Assembly: GCA_951406725.2 (NCBI GenBank)
Contig: OX597826.1
Coordinates: 20,708,001-20,772,000 of the forward strand
Source of the DNA: Octopus vulgaris
Taxonomy: Eukaryota
Reading direction: 5' to 3'
DNA length: 64,000 bases
The notes under the pieces were generated by a model. It ran no database searches, was not told where the DNA came from, and saw only the letters and a list, made by a program, of their open reading frames with translations. Every line of letters begins with the position of its first letter. Within the stretch, counting starts at the first letter, position 1. Positions 57,441-64,000 of this stretch are shown here, in pieces. Both the position numbers and the translations under genes were made by a program.

Positions 57441-58153
57441 CTGCTCAGAGTGAATGCTAGCCAGTCCACTTCGCCGTTGGAGTGGCCTCATTCAGAAGCT
57501 CCAACAATGTGAGGAAGAACATTGTGATTAGTGATGTATAACAGCATCTGACAGTCTGGTCGCCAAAGTGGCATGGATGGTCAGTGGGGTAGATTTTGTA
57601 TCTATAACCCAGGTAAACCGTATGTTATACAACACTAATAGAAAATCCAGCTTTAGCCGTGAGGCACAAGTCCCTCTTGTATTTTAGGACATTTCTTAAT
57701 CTTTTATTTTTCTCTTTCCGTCTCCCGTTACACACAGCTTTGAATAAATAATATTCCACTCTATCAAACATTATTGAGTCCTTTCCTCCACTTAATTGCC
57801 GATTCTCACCATTGACAGGGAAACCATACCTGTCAGCCCTCACTATTTTAAAATTCTATTTTAGTATACAAAACCCTCAGCCATATTGTGCTACCTGTTT
57901 GATTATGTGTTCGCATGAGTAACATTACATGACTCTACCAAGACACAAAATTACAAAAAAAAAAAAAAAAACAAACAAATACACAAATCTACTAGAATCA
58001 CCTGTTTGTTATCATTGAACATATCTGCAGTGATCGAAGTTGTTTGGTGGTTGACTAATGGCATTCATTGCAAATTTCTGAAGCTAATAACAATTATATT
58101 TTTATAAAGAAAATATTAATTGAGCGTATGTCGACTGATAACGAATCTACGTC

Positions 58154-58226
<73 letters not shown>

Positions 58227-58571
58227 GTTTTGGTTTAATAGTTTTTTTTTAAGTAAAACAAAGAAGAATTAAAAATAGCAAAGTAATCAAAGGTATGTTA
58301 GTTAATGAGGAGAAACGAGCAGGTAATTTACTTTCTAATTATAATTGACTTGCTAAATTATCTCCACACATTGCCAGTGGGTTGTAGAATTGTCAACAGG
58401 TAAATAAAAACTTTTAGCTTGAGGCGACACACAGACAAACGAATGTAAAATATCTGAGAAAATTCAACTTGGAAACAAATATTTTTTCTCAAGGCGTGTA
58501 TTACATACATACATACATATAAGTATGTGTGTGGATATATATACACACACACATACAAATACACATACGTG

Positions 58572-58685
<114 letters not shown>

Positions 58686-58761
58686 GTATGTATATGTGTT
58701 TATGTATTATGTGTATATATGTATGTGTGTATATACGCATATATATATGATGATGATAGTC

Positions 58762-59055
58762 TCCCGTAGTCCAAGAAAGACGGACCTGCAGCTTCATGCG
58801 GAACAACCAGCACAGAGGATTCGTTGACCAGTGGTCGAATGTTTGTCTTGTGCACTCGCTCAATCCTTCCACCAAATCGACATTGCAAGACAGGTGCGCG
58901 TTGTGCAACAAGTGCCGAACTGATCGCAGAGTTGTAAACGTGAGATGAAGGATTTCGCTCAAGATCACAACTCATTAATCTGTACAGGAACGGATACCAC
59001 GGTTTCCCGGTCCTCAGTACAACATCCTGACCAAATCATCAGCCTATGCGCCCTC
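58762..59055 (-). mobile_element. tRNA-headed SINE-like copy related to family C
   Basis: Reverse-complement head gggcgcataggctgatgatttggtcaggatgttgtactgaggaccgggaaaccgtggtatccgttcc and gtgatcttgagcgaaatccttcatctcacgtt. Confidence 0.5.
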
Positions 59056-59083
59056 ACATGTGTATAGTGTGTGCGAGCGCGCG

Positions 59084-59153
<70 letters not shown>

Positions 59154-59334
59154 TGTATGTATGTATGTATGTATGTATGTATATGTATAATATATACATA
59201 TATATAATACATTATATATATATATATAAAAACTATCGCAGTAAAAGCATATGTATGTATATATATATGTATGCATACGTATATATCTATATATGTGTGT
59301 GTATACGTGTATACGTCCATACACATATACATGC

Positions 59335-59421
<87 letters not shown>

Positions 59422-59741
59422 ATACTCTTTAATGTATCGTCTTCATCATTAATTAGAATGTTTTTTTCTTTTAAATATTTATTATTTGTTTCAATAGTTT
59501 ACCTGGTAAAATATTAAGATTGAATATATTTCACGACAAAAGCCTGTTGTTGGTAATTTTCCAGATGGCCGCAGGTCAGAGACTGAAACCAGAAATAATT
59601 AATAAATAAATAAACATCTTGTTAGAAAATGTATATTTCAATTAAAATATCTAATTAGTGTGTTAATTAGTAACTTGAATTCTTAGAGACGGCTGAACTG
59701 AGTTGTGAGGGAAATTTGTTAATAATAATAATAATAATAAT

Positions 59742-59953
59742 GGTTTTAAATTTTGGCACAACGCCACCAAATTCGGGGATGGCCGGGTGTTTGCAAGTCG
59801 GCAACATCAACCCTAATGTTCAACTGGTACTTATTTTATCGAGCTCGAAATTATGAAAGGCAGAGTCGACCCCGGCGGCATTTGAACTCACATCGTAAAG
59901 TCGGAAGAAATGACGCTAAGCATTTTGTCCGATGCGCTAACGATTCTGTCAGG
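59742..59953 (-). mobile_element. SINE family B
   Basis: Reverse complement ctgacagaatcgttagcgcatcggacaaaatgcttagcg...gagttcaaatgccgccggggtcgactctgcctttcat; (AAT)n flanks. Confidence 0.8.
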
Positions 59954-61369
59954 TAATAATATATTTCTTTACTACCCACAAGGGGCTAAAGTTTGAACTT
60001 TATCCTTTCCTTATATACAGAGAAAAGTTGCTTTTGGTTTGTTGGTGTTTTCTTGTTGCGCCAACCAGTTTCCCCTTTGCTTGTTTCTACATGTTTTTCT
60101 TTTCTTTTAACCTTGCTGTTGTTATTTTATATTAATTTTCTCTATGAAACAGATTTTTCCACTTGTACACAGAATAGGTATTCAGAAATGGTTAAAATAA
60201 TTTTTGTCATAGCTCTTGTGTATTTTATCTCCTTCTTTCGACAAGCTACCCTCGGCGATTTCTTTGACAAGCACTTTGTTCTTATAGAATTGTCACGGCT
60301 TTTCATTGTTTCGCTTCGGGTGGTTTTTACAAGACATCATAATGTCAGCAAGATACATACAAGTTTGTCACAGCTACCTGGATACCCACAACGTAAAGAA
60401 CTGGAACAATTATCGCAAAGCATTTTGTGCGATGTAGCATTTCCTCAACTCAACTCCATTGCCCTCGATCCGAACCTTATTTTACCAACGTTGAAAAGTG
60501 AAGAACTCAGAAATTTAAATAAAAATAGAGAATTTCGTCTAAACCTCCAAGAATTCTGTCAATCCTTCGAACTCAAAAGTTTCCTTTATTTTATCGAACC
60601 CAGAAGGAAGAAAGGTAAAGTTGATCACACCGGGATTTGAACGCAGAACGTGAAAGACTATTTCAAATTAGATACTTGATGCTTTTCATAAAATCTATAT
60701 ACCCTTTAATTAATTATAATTAACCAGTAATGGGATCATTTCATGTTTTATTCAGGCGTGGTGTATGGTAGACCATGTCTTGCACAACACCTGAGATTAT
60801 CGCAAACTCATCGACTGGGTCACAGTAAGGTTCCAGATCAGACAACAGCTCGGATAAATTTAATCCTTGAGCAGATTAAAATAAACCACTGATTAACGGA
60901 ATCTGTTTTCACTCTGATTGCCACTTCCTCTCGCACGCGAACTCGCATACTTTCTGTTCAACTGTTACACGTTGTTGAAATATTGTCTCGTCTCATTGTT
61001 CTTATATTCTTTTACCTGTTTCTGCCCGCGACCTGTGGCCACGCTGAAGCATCACCATTATTTAAGGAAACAAAAGTGTATTTTCATCTTTGAAAAACTG
61101 GGAAAAGCGATTTAAGACATCATTCCTCAATATACCCTTCCATTTTTAAGATGAAATTGCGTTATTTGAAGGAAGATTGGGTTATTTCTAGCAGCTCTAG
61201 CAACCATGTACAAGCACAACTATTTTAATGATAAATGAGGGAGTATCTAGGTAGTTTCTCTACTTGCTAAAAATAGCTGTTTAACTTCTCTTGAACCACG
61301 ATTTTCCTCCAAACCGCGAAACCCATATCATTATCTTACACACAACTACCGCCACTTTAATTTTAGTAA

Positions 61370-61730
61370 AACACATTAAACAAAATCTTTAACAAGATAT
61401 TTAAATGAAACAAAAATGTGTAAGAGAAATAATTCATTCAGATTTCTAACATCATAAAGAATTTTACAAACTTTCGGGAGAACGAGAAATAGTTCCTTTT
61501 TGTTTTTCTTTTCTGATCTGAAATAGTGTATCTCGAAGCACACGCATAAAGTTATAAAGGGTTTTCAACCCAATATTTACATGCTATTGTTTATAGCGTT
61601 ACGAGTGTGTGCTTCGAGCTATACTATTTCAAAAAACAAAAACAAAAAAATTTCTTATTTTCAAAATGATTTATAGAATTTGTTATATTAAATATATATT
61701 TTAGTTAATCTTATTGAAAGACTTTTTATT
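61370..61730. repeat. Degenerate AT-rich foldback (MITE-like)
   Basis: Core arms tgaaatagtgtatctcgaagcacac (61519-61543) and gtgtgcttcgagctatactatttca (61607-61631) pair at 23/25; weaker pairing extends outward. Confidence 0.7.
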
Positions 61731-61880
61731 TTGGAGAACACCAGAATTTTTTCTACGAAACCCTGAGGTTTCTTGGTGTCCACTTCGAGAAACAGTTGAC
61801 CAGACAATATAATCCCTGACGTACAAAAAAGATTGGATGATCACAGTTGGCCTTCGATAACTTGTGAACACGATCTACAC

Positions 61881-62139
61881 CCGTGATTCTCAACCATCTC
61901 TTACTTATGGACCCTTGTGATCCCTACTTTACTCGGTTGGAGGGGACCCCCATAGCCATTCGACCTTTGAAATCTATTATTGTTTCATGATTAAATACTA
62001 TTAGGAATTGTATCAAAGAATTGTCTCAATATTTTGTGCATTGTAGAAGCGCGGCTGGTTTGTTGCGCATGAATTTCAACCACAAAATGTTATATGAACC
62101 CCGCTCGGGGCCGTATTGGTCTCCGGTTGTGAAGCACGA
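61881..62139. mobile_element. Putative hAT (Charlie/MER5-like) non-autonomous element
   Basis: Termini ccgtgattctcaacc and ggttgtgaagcacga match 12/15 as inverted repeats and resemble CAGTGGTTCTCAACC. 8-bp TSD not recognisable. Confidence 0.5.
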
Positions 62140-62482
62140 GCCTCAACTGGCCGGGCTCTGAACAACAACAACAAGTTACAAATGCATTGGCTTTGCATGA
62201 AAACTACTTTCTTCCATGTTTTACATTTATTATGTCGACATTGTTATATCGTATTGTAAACTTGGGTTGAATTGTAATTATATACAAACAGATTGTATCT
62301 AATGAAATATCATTTTACAAAGTGTAATTTCAAATAATTACTTGGCACAAACATATATTAACTTGACAAGAACACCTGGGTTTATATATGAAAGCAAAAC
62401 GTCAACTAACCATTTTCTTAGAGATCACGCTGTGGGGTAGAGCGGGTTCACAGAGTTTCTTCCAGTTCAGCTGCTACCAATG

Positions 62483-62522
<40 letters not shown>

Positions 62523-62523
62523 G

Positions 62524-62592
<69 letters not shown>

Positions 62593-62781
62593 CTGTGTGT
62601 ATACACTCACTTTTCTGCTCTCACATGACGGGGACAATGGACAATTGCCCTGTCACCTTGTCACATATACACCCGCCGTACCTTTACATATATATAACTT
62701 TATCCAGTAACTTTTTTTTATTAACCGCTATTAACTTATTTTCATCTCTCCCTGTTTTTCATCCACCTCACTCTCCTCCCA

Positions 62782-62811
62782 TATCTATCTATCTATCTAT
62801 CTATCTATCTC

Positions 62812-62862
<51 letters not shown>

Positions 62863-62874
62863 GTCTGTCTATCC

Positions 62875-62930
<56 letters not shown>

Positions 62931-62940
62931 GTGTGTATCC

Positions 62941-63025
<85 letters not shown>

Positions 63026-63050
63026 CCTATCTGTCTATCTGTCTGTGTCT
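62782..63050. repeat. (ATCT)n microsatellite
   Basis: Directly visible. Confidence 0.95.
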
Positions 63051-63140
63051 ATCAATCTACAAACACGCATGTACGTGTGGATATGAGTCTGTGTCCATGT
63101 GTATGTGTGTGTGTGCGTGTTTGTGCGTGTATAAGTATGT

Positions 63141-63193
<53 letters not shown>

Positions 63194-63297
63194 TTATGTA
63201 TGCATATACCTGTGTACGTGCGTGTGTGTATGCATCAACTATATATATATGAATCATTCTATCTATCCACCTCTCTCTATATATATATATAATTCTG

Positions 63298-63334
<37 letters not shown>

Positions 63335-63928
63335 TTTTTTTTTTTTAATCTTTTGCCTAATTTGCATTAGAATTGAGTGAAAGTTTTTTTTCCTTTCCGG
63401 TAACTCCGTTTGCTGCTATAGGAGGAGGTTGAATGACTGGCATCGCCCAGTGTGTCTGATTGACAACCAGAATAATAGTAGGTAGGTCACACATGTGTCA
63501 GCACAATTTCTAATCTCTCTCCTTTCATAACGGACAATCCTCCTACTACTACTCTTCGTACTCTTACTACTCACTTACTTACTCCTCACATGTTACTCTG
63601 TTGCACAACATTCGAAGATTACTGCAACAACAACAACAATAAACAATACAGCATGGACACGTGTCTTCATTGTCTGTCTCTCTCTCTCCCTCTTTTTCTC
63701 TTTCTCTATTTCTCATTCTCTTTCTCTCTCTCTATGTTCGGTAGTCTGTGTGCGTAACTATTTCTATTATCACACACACACGCACACACATAAAACGCAT
63801 ACACAAACACGCACGCACACACACACACATATATGTATATGTATGTATGCATGTGTATATGTATGGTTGTATGTATGTATATATGTGAATGAGTATAGGT
63901 GTGTAACTTTATATATATATATATATAA

Positions 63929-63959
<31 letters not shown>

Positions 63960-63966
63960 ATATATG

Positions 63967-64000
<34 letters not shown>

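Overview
AT-rich eukaryotic non-coding DNA (intron or intergenic) saturated with microsatellites: (TA)n, (TACA)n, (CA)n, (GA)n, (ATCT)n, (AAT)n. The repeat landscape resembles what I recall of an octopus (coleoid cephalopod) genome; this is an inference. No intact host gene is recognisable, and almost all ORFs in the supplied track are microsatellite artefacts. Supported features are three tRNA-headed SINE families, a fourth old dispersed repeat family, a DD37D (maT-type) Tc1/mariner remnant, a non-autonomous Helitron, a decayed Penelope-like GIY-YIG fragment, and several MITE-like foldbacks. The most notable signal is a set of short (TA)n-embedded elements carrying hammerhead ribozyme motifs. 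One is a perfect 136-bp palindrome (29421-29556) that encodes a full type I hammerhead fold on each strand and is nested inside a SINE; related copies lie at 21720 and 37761. A second, minimal hammerhead family occurs at 39860, 43994 and, degenerate, at 34431. SINE family labels A-D are my own working labels, and repeat boundaries are approximate.
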